Assembly: GCA_001029675.1 (NCBI GenBank)
Contig: CP011210.1
Location: 711,528-775,527, forward strand
Origin: Candidatus Beckwithbacteria bacterium GW2011_GWC1_49_16
GTDB taxonomy: Bacteria > Patescibacteriota > Microgenomatia > UBA1400 > CG1-02-47-37
DNA: 64,000 nt
Direction: 5' to 3'
The stretch's first letter is position 1; every line of letters starts with the position of its first letter. Below, in pieces: positions 18,196 through 27,107 of this stretch. The translations under genes were made by a program, and so were the position numbers. A model generated the notes under the pieces. That model was given only the letters and a program-made list of their open reading frames with translations, did no database searches and had not been told where the DNA came from.

Positions 18196-20193
18196 ATGAA
18201 AAAATTATTAGCCATTATCTTAATATTACTTTTGACCGTCGGCCCGATGCTGGGGCCGATGGCGGTTTATGCCGACGAGGCCGTGCCGTCGGCAGAGACC
18301 GAAGAGACGGTCGAACCTGAGTCCTCGCCCGAACCGGAATCATCGACTACAGTTGAAAACGAGGCCGAGGTGACCAACGAGGTCGAATCGACGGCCAATA
18401 CGGGCGAGAACACGATTGAGCAGACAGATCCTTCACCCTCACCTTCCCCTAGCGCAGAGCCTTCCACTGAAGCTACTCCCTCGGCAATCACTACCGGCGA
18501 CTCGGTGGCGGTAACCGAAGTCGAAAATCAAGTCAACTCGACCGAGGTCAACTCCCAAGTGATTCAACTGACCATCAATATTTTCTCTGCCGGGGACGTG
18601 GATTTGTCCGACCCGGCGATAATTCAGCAAATCGCCGAACAGGCGGTAGCAGACAACAGCGGAGAAACGGAAATCAACGTGGTGGCCTTTAGCGTCGACA
18701 ACCTGGCCTATGTGTCTAACGAGATTGTGTCGACAGCCAACACGGGTGACAACACGATTGAGGCAACGGGGTCGGCGGAAATTAACACCGGCGACGCCTA
18801 CAGCGTGGTGTCTTTGTTAAACCAGTTAAATACCACCATCGTCGACTCGACCCTCTACCTGGTGACCATCAACGTTTTCGGCGAGCTTGACGGAAATATT
18901 ATCCTGCCGGAGCTTACCGGCGCCAACAGTTCATCTGGCTGCTGTGACGGTGATACTCAAATCAACAACCAGGCGGTGGTGGAAAACCAGGTAGCAAGTA
19001 ACGCCAACTCCGGCGGCAACGCGGTGGCGGCTCAAGAAGAAGCCGAGATCACCACCGGCGAAGCCACCAGCGTGGTCAATGTAGTCAACATAGTCAACCA
19101 AACCTGGATCAATGTTTTGTTTCATTACTTAGTGGTCAACACCTTTGGCAGCTGGACCGGCAGTTTCCTGGGCTGGGACGACTTTTTGGCTCAAGCGGCG
19201 GGAGATTTAACCTTAACCTCAAGCAGTCAAAATCAGGGAGATGCCGACTGTGATGGCTGTATCGGCGACGTTGATGTTACCAACCAGGCATACCTTTCAA
19301 ACCAAATCAGCTCTTCTGCCAACACGGGCGGGAACCAGGCAAGCGGCAACTCGGGGCAAATTAACAGCGGCAATGCTTACAGCGTGGTATCGCTTTTTAA
19401 CCTGGTCAACACCACTATCTTGCGCTCGACCGGCTTTTTCGGCTTTATTAACATCTTTGGCAACCTGACCGGCAACATCGGCGGGGCGAGTTTGTTTATT
19501 GAAGAAGAAGCAATTGAAGCGACTCCGGAAGAAGACGCAGCCGAAGGTGAAGGCCCGGCTCCCAGAGAAACGGGCGGAGTCCTAGAGGTAAGCCAAGCCC
19601 ACAACGTCGGCGACTATGTTTTGCCCGGCGACACGGTTACCTTTGTGGTGGAAGTGAAAAACCCCGGCGGGGGCACGGTCTATGACCCGGTCTTGACCAT
19701 TGATCTAGTTTCCGGTGGCGAGTTTTTGGGCGGAGCCGAGTTTAATCTTGCCGACATCGGCGCCAAGAAAAAACTAACTATCACCACCGGCTTGGTGCTG
19801 TCGGATCTGGCCCCCTTTGGCGACTATACGGCGGTGGCCACGGTAACAGGCAAGGTCGGCCCCGATGACGAAGAAATCGTCGCTTCGGCCGACAGCTTCT
19901 TTAGCATTTTGGGCTTTACTCCAATTGGGGCTACCGACTTAGTTCCTCCTGCCCAAGCGGCCGAGGAAACAGGAGAAGTTTTGGGGACAACCTCGACTAC
20001 TTTAGGCCTGACCCAGGAGCAGCTGACCCGGCTCTTCTGGATTTTGCTGGTGTTGTATCTTATAGCCAAGGCGGTTGAAGAAAGAGAAAAGCTGGCTTTG
20101 GCCTGGAACAAAAACAAGGGCTTTCTGGTTGACAAGGCTTTAGCTTTGAAGTCACTGTTGATGGCTCTGATCGCTTTGATTAAATCCTCTTGA
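18196..20193 (+). CDS. large cell-surface repeat protein (ANTG-N-I / NTGDAYSVV repeats) with C-terminal TM anchor
   Basis: 665 aa; signal peptide; >=5 copies of S.ANTG(D/E/G)N.I...TG.A(Y/T)SVV..(N/L)..NTT motif; C-terminal ETGEVLG...hydrophobic...K/E-rich tail. Confidence 0.6.
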   Translation: MKKLLAIILILLLTVGPMLGPMAVYADEAVPSAETEETVEPESSPEPESSTTVENEAEVTNEVESTANTGENTIEQTDPSPSPSPSAEPSTEATPSAITTGDSVAVTEVENQVNSTEVNSQVIQLTINIFSAGDVDLSDPAIIQQIAEQAVADNSGETEINVVAFSVDNLAYVSNEIVSTANTGDNTIEATGSAEINTGDAYSVVSLLNQLNTTIVDSTLYLVTINVFGELDGNIILPELTGANSSSGCCDGDTQINNQAVVENQVASNANSGGNAVAAQEEAEITTGEATSVVNVVNIVNQTWINVLFHYLVVNTFGSWTGSFLGWDDFLAQAAGDLTLTSSSQNQGDADCDGCIGDVDVTNQAYLSNQISSSANTGGNQASGNSGQINSGNAYSVVSLFNLVNTTILRSTGFFGFINIFGNLTGNIGGASLFIEEEAIEATPEEDAAEGEGPAPRETGGVLEVSQAHNVGDYVLPGDTVTFVVEVKNPGGGTVYDPVLTIDLVSGGEFLGGAEFNLADIGAKKKLTITTGLVLSDLAPFGDYTAVATVTGKVGPDDEEIVASADSFFSILGFTPIGATDLVPPAQAAEETGEVLGTTSTTLGLTQEQLTRLFWILLVLYLIAKAVEEREKLALAWNKNKGFLVDKALALKSLLMALIALIKSS

Positions 20194-20235
20194 CAATAGG
20201 CTATAGGCTGATATACTAGCCCCCGCTCAATCAAA

Positions 20236-20266
20236 AGTTCCTGCTATATAGAGGAACTTTTTTTTG
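20236..20266 (+). terminator. rho-independent terminator
   Basis: agttcct-gctatatag-aggaact + T8. Confidence 0.6.
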
Positions 20267-20321
20267 GCCAAGGGCCAATCAGCCTTTGGCTGATATAAGC
20301 ACGAAAGGGGGTGAAAAATAA

Positions 20322-21083
20322 ATGAAACTGAAATTAATTATTTTAGGATTGGTTTTGGCGGGAGCGTTTACAGCTGGGGCTATCAAATCCAACACTAATC
20401 GTTCTGCTTATGCTTGCGGTGGCGATTGTAATGGGGACCACGAAGATGAAGTGACTATCTGTCAATGTAGGGTAAGGGAAGATGTGCTTCAGTGTCGCAC
20501 TATTGAAGTTGACGAGGAAGATGTTGAGGATATTTTTGAGGCATACCCACGCTCTTACCTTGGAGCATGCACGTCACCATCCCCCAGCCCTTCTCCATCA
20601 CCGGAGCCAAGCGAAGAACCTTCGCCTAGTCCATCGCCGAGCCCAACTCCGGAAACAGAAGTCGGTTTAGGAGTTAACGGCCCGTCATGTACCAGCAACA
20701 GCTTTAGCGCCAACATCTCTGTTTTGGTAGGGGGTGTGGGTCAAGAAGGAGTTGAAGTCAAGTTCAACTACCAGGACCAAGAAAAAAGCGCCACCACCAA
20801 CGACAAAGGTGAGGCCAGCGTCGACTTTGAATTCAAAGGCAATGGTGAAGTCAAAGCCACTTCTGCCGGTTACCCGGAGCAGAAAGCTGGTGTCGAAGCC
20901 GTCAGGGAAGATTGTCCCAGCACGGGAGGCACAGGCGAAGTCCTGGGAGCAGCTACCGGTGGACAAGTCCTAGGTGCTATGGCCGATACCGGTGACCCGG
21001 TAACCGATCTCATGTTAGTATTATTTACCATGGGATCAACCCTCGCGGGAACCGGATTGAGGCTGTATAGCAAGAAAAGCTAG
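20322..21083 (+). CDS. secreted Cys-rich/PS-linker protein with prealbumin-like C-domain and sorting-signal-like C-terminus
   Basis: 253 aa; signal peptide, Cys-containing N-domain, SPSP linker, C-terminal 125 aa identical to paralog 21202..22113, then ...GTGEVLG...AMADTG + TM + KKS. Confidence 0.6.
   Translation: MKLKLIILGLVLAGAFTAGAIKSNTNRSAYACGGDCNGDHEDEVTICQCRVREDVLQCRTIEVDEEDVEDIFEAYPRSYLGACTSPSPSPSPSPEPSEEPSPSPSPSPTPETEVGLGVNGPSCTSNSFSANISVLVGGVGQEGVEVKFNYQDQEKSATTNDKGEASVDFEFKGNGEVKATSAGYPEQKAGVEAVREDCPSTGGTGEVLGAATGGQVLGAMADTGDPVTDLMLVLFTMGSTLAGTGLRLYSKKS
20622..20992 (+). repeat. 371-bp perfect direct repeat, copy 1
   Basis: identical to 21640..22010 (offset 1018 bp) by direct inspection. 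Confidence 0.9.
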
Positions 21084-21201
21084 CGGATAGGATAAGAATT
21101 GGACAGAGATCGCCCTGCCCCAGAAACTGGGGCAGGGCTAAGGTTGACAAACTAGAATTATCTGTTAAACTACCGAAAAGCCTGTCACAAAGGCGTTTTT
21201 T

Positions 21202-22113
21202 ATGAAAAAGATTTTTGCTTTAATCTTCCTAATAACCATTTCCCTATTTTTAGGGTCTAGGATGCGCGTATTGGCCCAACAACAGCTGGTGACTATTTGT
21301 CACGCTACCAGTAGCCAGACTAATCCCTATGTCCAAATTACTGCCGCTTACCCAGCTATTTATGGACCAGCTGGTCACTTCAGCGAACCCGGCACTACCA
21401 ATGCCGGCCATGAAGAAGATTACGAAGGACCCTGCACTTGTGAAGATCTACCAGCTAACTGCCCTAGCCCTTCACCAAGCCCGTCTCCGTCACCAAGTCA
21501 TTCACCCTCGCCATCTCCATCTCCTAGCCCGAGTCCGTCGCCATCTCCCAGCCCATCGGTATCTCCTTCACCATCGCCCAGCCCCTCACCATCGCCGAGT
21601 CCGGAAGTTTCTCCCAGCCCAAGCCCAAGGGTGAGCCCGTCGCCTAGTCCATCGCCGAGCCCAACTCCGGAAACAGAAGTCGGTTTAGGAGTTAACGGCC
21701 CGTCATGTACCAGCAACAGCTTTAGCGCCAACATCTCTGTTTTGGTAGGGGGTGTGGGTCAAGAAGGAGTTGAAGTCAAGTTCAACTACCAGGACCAAGA
21801 AAAAAGCGCCACCACCAACGACAAAGGTGAGGCCAGCGTCGACTTTGAATTCAAAGGCAATGGTGAAGTCAAAGCCACTTCTGCCGGTTACCCGGAGCAG
21901 AAAGCTGGTGTCGAAGCCGTCAGGGAAGATTGTCCCAGCACGGGAGGCACAGGCGAAGTCCTGGGAGCAGCTACCGGTGGACAAGTCCTAGGTGCTATGG
22001 CCGATACCGGAACCGCTGTCGAGAGTGCATTTCAGTTAATTTTCAGCCTGGGAGCATTAATGCTAGGATGGGGTATCGGGATTTATGCCAAAAAAGAAAA
22101 CTTGGTGGAATAA
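21202..22113 (+). CDS. paralogous secreted Cys-rich/PS-linker protein with sorting-signal-like C-terminus
   Basis: 303 aa; different N-domain, long SPSP linker, identical C-domain, ...AMADTG + TM + KKENLVE. Confidence 0.6.
   Translation: MKKIFALIFLITISLFLGSRMRVLAQQQLVTICHATSSQTNPYVQITAAYPAIYGPAGHFSEPGTTNAGHEEDYEGPCTCEDLPANCPSPSPSPSPSPSHSPSPSPSPSPSPSPSPSPSVSPSPSPSPSPSPSPEVSPSPSPRVSPSPSPSPSPTPETEVGLGVNGPSCTSNSFSANISVLVGGVGQEGVEVKFNYQDQEKSATTNDKGEASVDFEFKGNGEVKATSAGYPEQKAGVEAVREDCPSTGGTGEVLGAATGGQVLGAMADTGTAVESAFQLIFSLGALMLGWGIGIYAKKENLVE
21640..22010 (+). repeat. 371-bp perfect direct repeat, copy 2
   Basis: identical to 20622..20992. Confidence 0.9.
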
Positions 22114-22690
22114 AAAACTTAAGTTCGGACAGAAATTTTGGCGGGGTTTTACCAGGCAACAAAAACACGGCATTTATTTAATCTTTAGCGGCGTCTTACT
22201 GGTATTGGTTTTTGCCAGCTGGAGGTGGCACGAGTCAAGAATTTTGGCTTTTAACCGGCAGTTTGAAGTGGTGGAGACAAGCGGGGTGGCTCCAGTAGCA
22301 ATCAAGATCCCTAAGGTAAATATTGATTTGGCGGTGACAGAGGCGACGATTACCGACAATACCTGGGAGATATCGGCAACCGGCGCCAGTCACTGGGACA
22401 ACTCTGCCAATCCGGGCGAGGGCGGCAACATTGTCATTTACGGCCACAACAAAACCAATCTTTTCGGACCAATCAGGTGGGTCAGCCCGGGCGAAATCAT
22501 TGAAGTAACCGGCGCCGACGGTAAAGTTTATGAGTATAAAATTACGGAAACAGTGATTACCGAACCCAACGACGTGGCCTATGTTTTACCTAAAGACAAA
22601 GAAACCCTGACCCTTTATACCTGCACCGGGCTGTTTGACAGTAAGCGCTATATCGTGGTGGCCGAGCCTTACAACGAACCCCTAAACTGA
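22085..22690 (+). CDS. sortase (transpeptidase), membrane-anchored
   Basis: 201 aa; N-terminal TM; catalytic His (NIVIYGHN) and TLxTC Cys (TLTLYTCTG) plus Arg (KRYIVVAEP). Confidence 0.8.
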   Translation: MPKKKTWWNKKLKFGQKFWRGFTRQQKHGIYLIFSGVLLVLVFASWRWHESRILAFNRQFEVVETSGVAPVAIKIPKVNIDLAVTEATITDNTWEISATGASHWDNSANPGEGGNIVIYGHNKTNLFGPIRWVSPGEIIEVTGADGKVYEYKITETVITEPNDVAYVLPKDKETLTLYTCTGLFDSKRYIVVAEPYNEPLN

Positions 22691-23895
22691 AACTTCTTGT
22701 CGCCAAGATAACCGTTGGCTTCGGGCTTAACGATCTGGCCGAAAAGCAAACTTGCCGGGTGGACGGCGTAGTCACCATAGGTCAGGTTGACTCGGTCGAT
22801 CGCCTCGGTAAGACGTTGGCTTCTTTGCTCGGCGGTAAATAAAGGCAGGGACAAGTTGTCTTTGACGGCGAGTAACCCCACCCAGACGCCCAAGAAGCGA
22901 ACCGGATAGCGCCAGCGCCAACTACTATATATAGTATAGACCCGGTCGAAGATGTCACGGCCCGAGTCAGTAAAAGTCTTGCCGGTGACGTGGCCGACGC
23001 GAGACCTGCCCCCGCCGCGTAAGCTCAAGCCAAACTGGCGGCCAGTCAGTCCCATCTGGCGCAGTTTAAAAGCGGCCTCTTCGACTAAGTTTCTTAAAAC
23101 GCCTTTGATTTGCCGGGGGTTGGTGGTATCGGCAAATAAGGTAAAAGTGCGCGAAACCGATTTGGCGTCGCCAAGTTCCTTGAGGGTGACCACAGGGCTA
23201 TAGTCCTCTCCCCGGGCGATCTGCTTTAACCTCGGCCCCCAAAAGGGACCGAAAGCGGCGTCAAGCAACCGATCAGGAGTGGCGGCAATTTGAGGTAAAG
23301 AGTAAATGCCTAAAGCGTGGAGTCTGGCGGTCAAGCGGTAGCCAATGCCGCAGACGGCGTCAAAAGGAGCTTGGGCTAAAAGCCGGGCTTGATTTTGCTC
23401 GGTTATTTCCAAAATCCCCTTGCGGGGAGCCAGGTTTGAAGCCAGTTTGGCGAGTAACTTGTTTTTAGCAATGCCAATGGAGCAGCCTAAGGCTTCGCCC
23501 AGCTCAAGACTAACCCGCCGCTGAATGTCGCGGGCGACTTCTTGTGGAGAGTAAAGCCTGTGGGTATGAGTCAGGTCCAAGAAAACTTCGTCTAAGGAAA
23601 AAACCTCGACCCTGTCGGTGTAGCGGCTGACCAGGTCAAGAAACTGCCGGGTGTAGAAAAAGTAGCGATCAAAGTTTGCCGGAACCAGAATAATCTCGGG
23701 GCAAAGGCTTTCAACGTCAGTGAGGCTCATACCGGTTGCCACACCTTGGGTTTTGGCCTCGTCGGAGCAGGCGATGACGCAAGACCGGCCGGCGGCTTTT
23801 AAAATGCCGACGGGTTGGCCGCGCAGGGTAGGATTTTCTTGCTGCTCGACTGAAGCAAAAAAGCTGTTAAGGTCGGCATGGAGGATGACGAGCAT
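22669..23895 (-). CDS. dinB: DNA polymerase IV (Y-family)
   Basis: start placed at MLVILHADLNSFFASVEQQ (canonical DinB N-terminus); the ORF-track upstream extension to 24135 would overlap the divergent coaBC. Confidence 0.85.
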   Translation of the reverse strand: MLVILHADLNSFFASVEQQENPTLRGQPVGILKAAGRSCVIACSDEAKTQGVATGMSLTDVESLCPEIILVPANFDRYFFYTRQFLDLVSRYTDRVEVFSLDEVFLDLTHTHRLYSPQEVARDIQRRVSLELGEALGCSIGIAKNKLLAKLASNLAPRKGILEITEQNQARLLAQAPFDAVCGIGYRLTARLHALGIYSLPQIAATPDRLLDAAFGPFWGPRLKQIARGEDYSPVVTLKELGDAKSVSRTFTLFADTTNPRQIKGVLRNLVEEAAFKLRQMGLTGRQFGLSLRGGGRSRVGHVTGKTFTDSGRDIFDRVYTIYSSWRWRYPVRFLGVWVGLLAVKDNLSLPLFTAEQRSQRLTEAIDRVNLTYGDYAVHPASLLFGQIVKPEANGYLGDKKFQFRGSL

Positions 23896-23964
23896 AGTTT
23901 GAGTAAAAACGAATAAAGCCCGAATGTCAAGAGCCTTCCTACCCATTTGGTACAATCTAGTGGT

Positions 23965-25176
23965 ATGAAAAAACAACCAAGGGTAATAGTCGGCGTCACC
24001 AGCGGGATTGCGGCCTTTAAGACCGTGGAGCTGGTGCGCAGGTTGAAGCGGGCCGGAATGGCAGTTAGAGTAATAGTTAGCCCATACACCTTCAAGATGG
24101 TGGCGGGGGAAGATTTGGCCAAAGCCTCGGGCCATAAAGTTTATGGCAAGTTATTTGAGGCCAATTTTGACTACAAAAAGGTTCTAAAAACCCGGGTGGT
24201 AGACCATATTAAACTGGCGGATGAAGCGGACTTAATTGTGGTAGTGCCGGCGACGGCCAACACCATGGCCAAACTGGCCTATGGTCTGGCGGATAACTTT
24301 TTGACCACGACAGTGCTGGCGGCGACCTGCCCGGTGCTGGTGTGCCCGTCGATGAACGTTAACATGTGGCAGCACCCGGCAGTTAAGAATAATGTCAAAC
24401 GCTTAAAAGATTTAGGTTATCTTATTCTGGGGCCAGCCGAAGGCAGGCTGGCTTGCGGCTGGCAGGGCAAAGGCAGGTTGGAAAACATCGTGGCCGTAGT
24501 TAAGGAGGTTGACAGGTTGCTCAATGCCTCTCAAAGGCTCAAAGGCAAAAAAGTCTTGGTGACTTATGGGGCGACCAGGGAGCCGATTGACCGGGTGCGG
24601 GCAATAACCAACCCAAGTTCGGGGAAGATGGGGGCGGCGGTGGCCGAAACGCTGTATCGGCGCGGGGCCGAGGTAAGCGTATTTCGGGCAGAAAACGCGG
24701 TGGAGCCCAGATACCGGATGAAGCAGGCAACCTTTGTTGAAGCCCGTGATTTGGATAGGCTGATTAGCCGGGAGATAACCAAGTTTGATATCTGTTTCCA
24801 AGTGGCGGCGGTGGGAGACTTTATGCCGAAAACAACCTACCCGGGCAAGCTTGACAGCGCCAAACCGTTGAAGCTAACTCTGACGCCCGGCCAAAAAATC
24901 GTCACCAAAATCAAACGGCTGGCGCCGAAAATAAAATTGATCGCTTTTAAGGCCGAATATGGCTTAAACCCTAGAGAAATGGCAGCGGTGGGTAAGGTAA
25001 AATTAAAACAAACTAGAGCCTACGCAGTGGCGGTCAATGATGTCAGCCGGCCGGATCGAGGGTTTGGGACGGAGACGAACGAGCTGGTAGTGGTGCTTAA
25101 ATCCGGCAAGATCAAAAAGATTCCCCTGGCCGGAAAAAACGAAGTGGCAGAGAAACTGGTAGATATGGTATTGTAG
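23965..25176 (+). CDS. coaBC: bifunctional phosphopantothenoylcysteine decarboxylase / phosphopantothenate-cysteine ligase
   Basis: flavoprotein N-domain (VIVGVTSGIAAFKTVELVRRL) + CoaB C-domain; start could be 23947. Confidence 0.85.
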   Translation: MKKQPRVIVGVTSGIAAFKTVELVRRLKRAGMAVRVIVSPYTFKMVAGEDLAKASGHKVYGKLFEANFDYKKVLKTRVVDHIKLADEADLIVVVPATANTMAKLAYGLADNFLTTTVLAATCPVLVCPSMNVNMWQHPAVKNNVKRLKDLGYLILGPAEGRLACGWQGKGRLENIVAVVKEVDRLLNASQRLKGKKVLVTYGATREPIDRVRAITNPSSGKMGAAVAETLYRRGAEVSVFRAENAVEPRYRMKQATFVEARDLDRLISREITKFDICFQVAAVGDFMPKTTYPGKLDSAKPLKLTLTPGQKIVTKIKRLAPKIKLIAFKAEYGLNPREMAAVGKVKLKQTRAYAVAVNDVSRPDRGFGTETNELVVVLKSGKIKKIPLAGKNEVAEKLVDMVL

Positions 25177-25180
25177 GTTT

Positions 25181-25468
25181 ATGTTAACCAAAACAGACAT
25201 AACCAAAATTAGAAAAGTGGTTAGGGACGAAACAGAGTCTGAAGCCAAAACTACCAGAAGGGAATTACAGGGAGAAATCAAACTGTTAAGAATAGAGCTA
25301 CAAAAAGAGCTGAAAACTATTACGGGCAGGATTAAGGACTTAGAGGGTCAGACTAGAAAGGTTCGCAAAGACATTGAGCTGATGTTGGGATTTTTTGATC
25401 GGGAGTACTTGGATTTACAGAAAAGGGTTGATAAGGTCGAAGAGCGCCTGGGAATTGCTTCGGCGTAA
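25181..25468 (+). CDS. small coiled-coil protein
   Basis: 95 aa, heptad-rich (ELQGEIKLLRIELQKELKTITGRIKDLEG). Confidence 0.35.
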   Translation: MLTKTDITKIRKVVRDETESEAKTTRRELQGEIKLLRIELQKELKTITGRIKDLEGQTRKVRKDIELMLGFFDREYLDLQKRVDKVEERLGIASA

Positions 25469-25691
25469 AAGTGGCGAAGACAACGGTAAAGTTATTGTTG
25501 CCAAGCTAGACAACCAAGCCGTCGGCTATGTAACTGCCGAATTTGCCCCATGGAATAAATTAGCCAGAATTCATGGATTGATTATTCACCAGGAACTAAG
25601 AAGAAAAAAGCTTGCCTCAAAATTAGTTACTGAAGATGAAAATCTCCATGGGGTTACCTACTTAAAACTCTTCAAGTGGTCTGAAGTTTAA
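25395..25691 (+). pseudogene. GNAT acetyltransferase C-terminal remnant
   Basis: motif A-like HQELRRKKLASKLV present but motifs C/D absent; overlaps previous ORF in another frame. Confidence 0.3.
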
Positions 25692-25717
25692 ACGAGGTTG
25701 GTGCTTTAACGGCCAGT

Positions 25718-25757
25718 AAAACCTCCTCCCTAAAAAAGAGCGGAGGAGGTTTTTTGA
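25718..25757. terminator. bidirectional intrinsic terminator
   Basis: aaacctcctccc-taaaaaagagc-ggaggaggtttttt between convergent genes. Confidence 0.7.
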
Positions 25758-25765
25758 CGACACTT

Positions 25766-25987
25766 TTACATTGAAGGTTCTGTAGCAGTGTCTTCGGCTG
25801 CCTCACCGGGCAAAGTTGGTTCAGGTGTTTCAGGCTGAGGTTCGCTTGCCGGAGGCGGCGGCGGCTTGGGCATACCAGGGTCAGGCGCCGGCCCACCAGG
25901 AGTCGGCATAGGAGGTGTTGGAGGAGGCGTATCGCTTCCCCCAGATGGCGGGGTAGACCCCGTTGGGTTTTGGGTATCATCCATCAT
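25766..25987 (-). CDS. small proline-rich (disordered) protein
   Basis: 73 aa, ~35% Pro; strong SD AAGGGGGTGA 8 nt upstream; TTCGAA repeats in its promoter. Confidence 0.35.
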   Translation of the reverse strand: MMDDTQNPTGSTPPSGGSDTPPPTPPMPTPGGPAPDPGMPKPPPPPASEPQPETPEPTLPGEAAEDTATEPSM

Positions 25988-26007
25988 GTCCTGTCACCCC
26001 CTTTCAT

Positions 26008-26039
26008 AAATTCGAAATTCGAAGCACGAAATTCGAAAC
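26008..26039. promoter_or_regulatory. three AAATTCGAA(A) direct repeats (palindromic TTCGAA cores)
   Basis: aaattcgaaattcgaagcacgaaattcgaaac in divergent intergenic region. Confidence 0.5.
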
Positions 26040-26122
26040 TTTTTTATACCTCTACACTATAAGAGAATTTTTCCCAGAGCGCAAGTTTAAATTAGCTATT
26101 GACAAGCAGCCAGTTTTGTTAT

Positions 26123-26140
26123 ATTCATATATTCGAATAT
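26123..26140. promoter_or_regulatory. perfect 18-bp palindrome CATATATTCGAATATATG (candidate ArsR-family operator)
   Basis: self-complementary by inspection; abuts the start codon of the ArsR-YHS regulator. Confidence 0.55.
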
Positions 26141-26629
26141 ATGTATAAACAGATTTTCGAGCTTCACGCCGACACCTATAAGGCTTTAGCGGCGGCGAAG
26201 CGCTTGGAAATCGTCCAGCTGTTGCGCGACCAGGAATTGACGGTAACTAAAATCCAGCAGATGTTGGGTCTCCCCCAACCCAACCTGTCGCAGCACTTGC
26301 AGGTGTTGCGCGAACATAAGCTGGTTAATACTAAAAGAAACGGCCAACACGTTTATTACAAACTCTCCCACCCCAATGTGGTCAAGTCTGTCGATTTGGT
26401 GCGGGAGATGCTGGTGGAGCAAAACCGCGGTGACGACAAACTCACCGAAGAGCTGCGGCTGAAAATGAAAGACTTAGTGCCTTTGAGCATCGACCCTGTC
26501 TGTCACATGCGGGTCAGCCCCAAGACGGCGGCGGAAGCGACGGGCTACAAGGGCAGAACTTATTACTTTTGCGCTTCGGGCTGCAAAAAAACTTTTAAAA
26601 AAAGCCCGCAAAAATATGTCCGGCAATAA
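26141..26629 (+). CDS. ArsR/SmtB-family metalloregulator with C-terminal YHS/TRASH metal-binding domain
   Basis: HTH (LTVTKIQQMLGLPQPNLSQHLQVLREHKLV); C-term DPVCHM...YYFCASGCKKTF; start moved to internal Met (ORF track 26099). Confidence 0.7.
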   Translation: MYKQIFELHADTYKALAAAKRLEIVQLLRDQELTVTKIQQMLGLPQPNLSQHLQVLREHKLVNTKRNGQHVYYKLSHPNVVKSVDLVREMLVEQNRGDDKLTEELRLKMKDLVPLSIDPVCHMRVSPKTAAEATGYKGRTYYFCASGCKKTFKKSPQKYVRQ

Positions 26630-27107
26630 ACTGGTGATTTTGATGATCGCGACGACTTTACTTTTGATCGGCGGCGGCGCCTACCTTTTAGGCAAAACGA
26701 GTCAACCGGAACTTAAGGTCAGCGGGGAAGTTAAGACAGAAGTGACGGAGACAAGTTTCGACTGGGGCGAGATACCGATAAACGGCGGTAATGTCAGCCA
26801 TGATTTTATTATTGCTAACTCCGGCCCAGGGGCACTCAAGCTGGCAAGTGTGGCCACTTCGTGTATGTGTACCACAGCAAAAGTTACTATCGGTGATAGC
26901 CAAAGTCCCTTTTTCAGCATGCATTCAAATTCCACTTGGACGGGAGAAGTTGAACCGAAGGGTGAGGCAAGGCTGACCGTAGAGTTTGATCCGGCCTACC
27001 ACGGGCCGAGCGGCTTGGGGGCGATTACCCGCCAAGTGGTGGTAGAGACTAATGATGGTAACCTTCCCCAATTAACCTTTAACTTAACGGCTAATGTGGT
27101 TAACTAA
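26616..27107 (+). CDS. secreted hypothetical protein (Ig-like?)
   Basis: 163 aa, signal anchor; SCMC motif. Confidence 0.4.
   Translation: MSGNKLVILMIATTLLLIGGGAYLLGKTSQPELKVSGEVKTEVTETSFDWGEIPINGGNVSHDFIIANSGPGALKLASVATSCMCTTAKVTIGDSQSPFFSMHSNSTWTGEVEPKGEARLTVEFDPAYHGPSGLGAITRQVVVETNDGNLPQLTFNLTANVVN

Noticed and set aside
16861-21660. Possibility of a CRISPR array among the short tandem repeats
   Set aside because: Repeats are contiguous hexanucleotide-level SP-codon units inside ORFs without unique spacers; no CRISPR-like repeat/spacer periodicity anywhere in the window.
23896-24135. 80-aa N-terminal extension of dinB in the ORF track
   Set aside because: Canonical DinB N-terminus (MLVILHADLNSFFASVE) starts at the internal Met; the extension would overlap the divergent coaBC start region.
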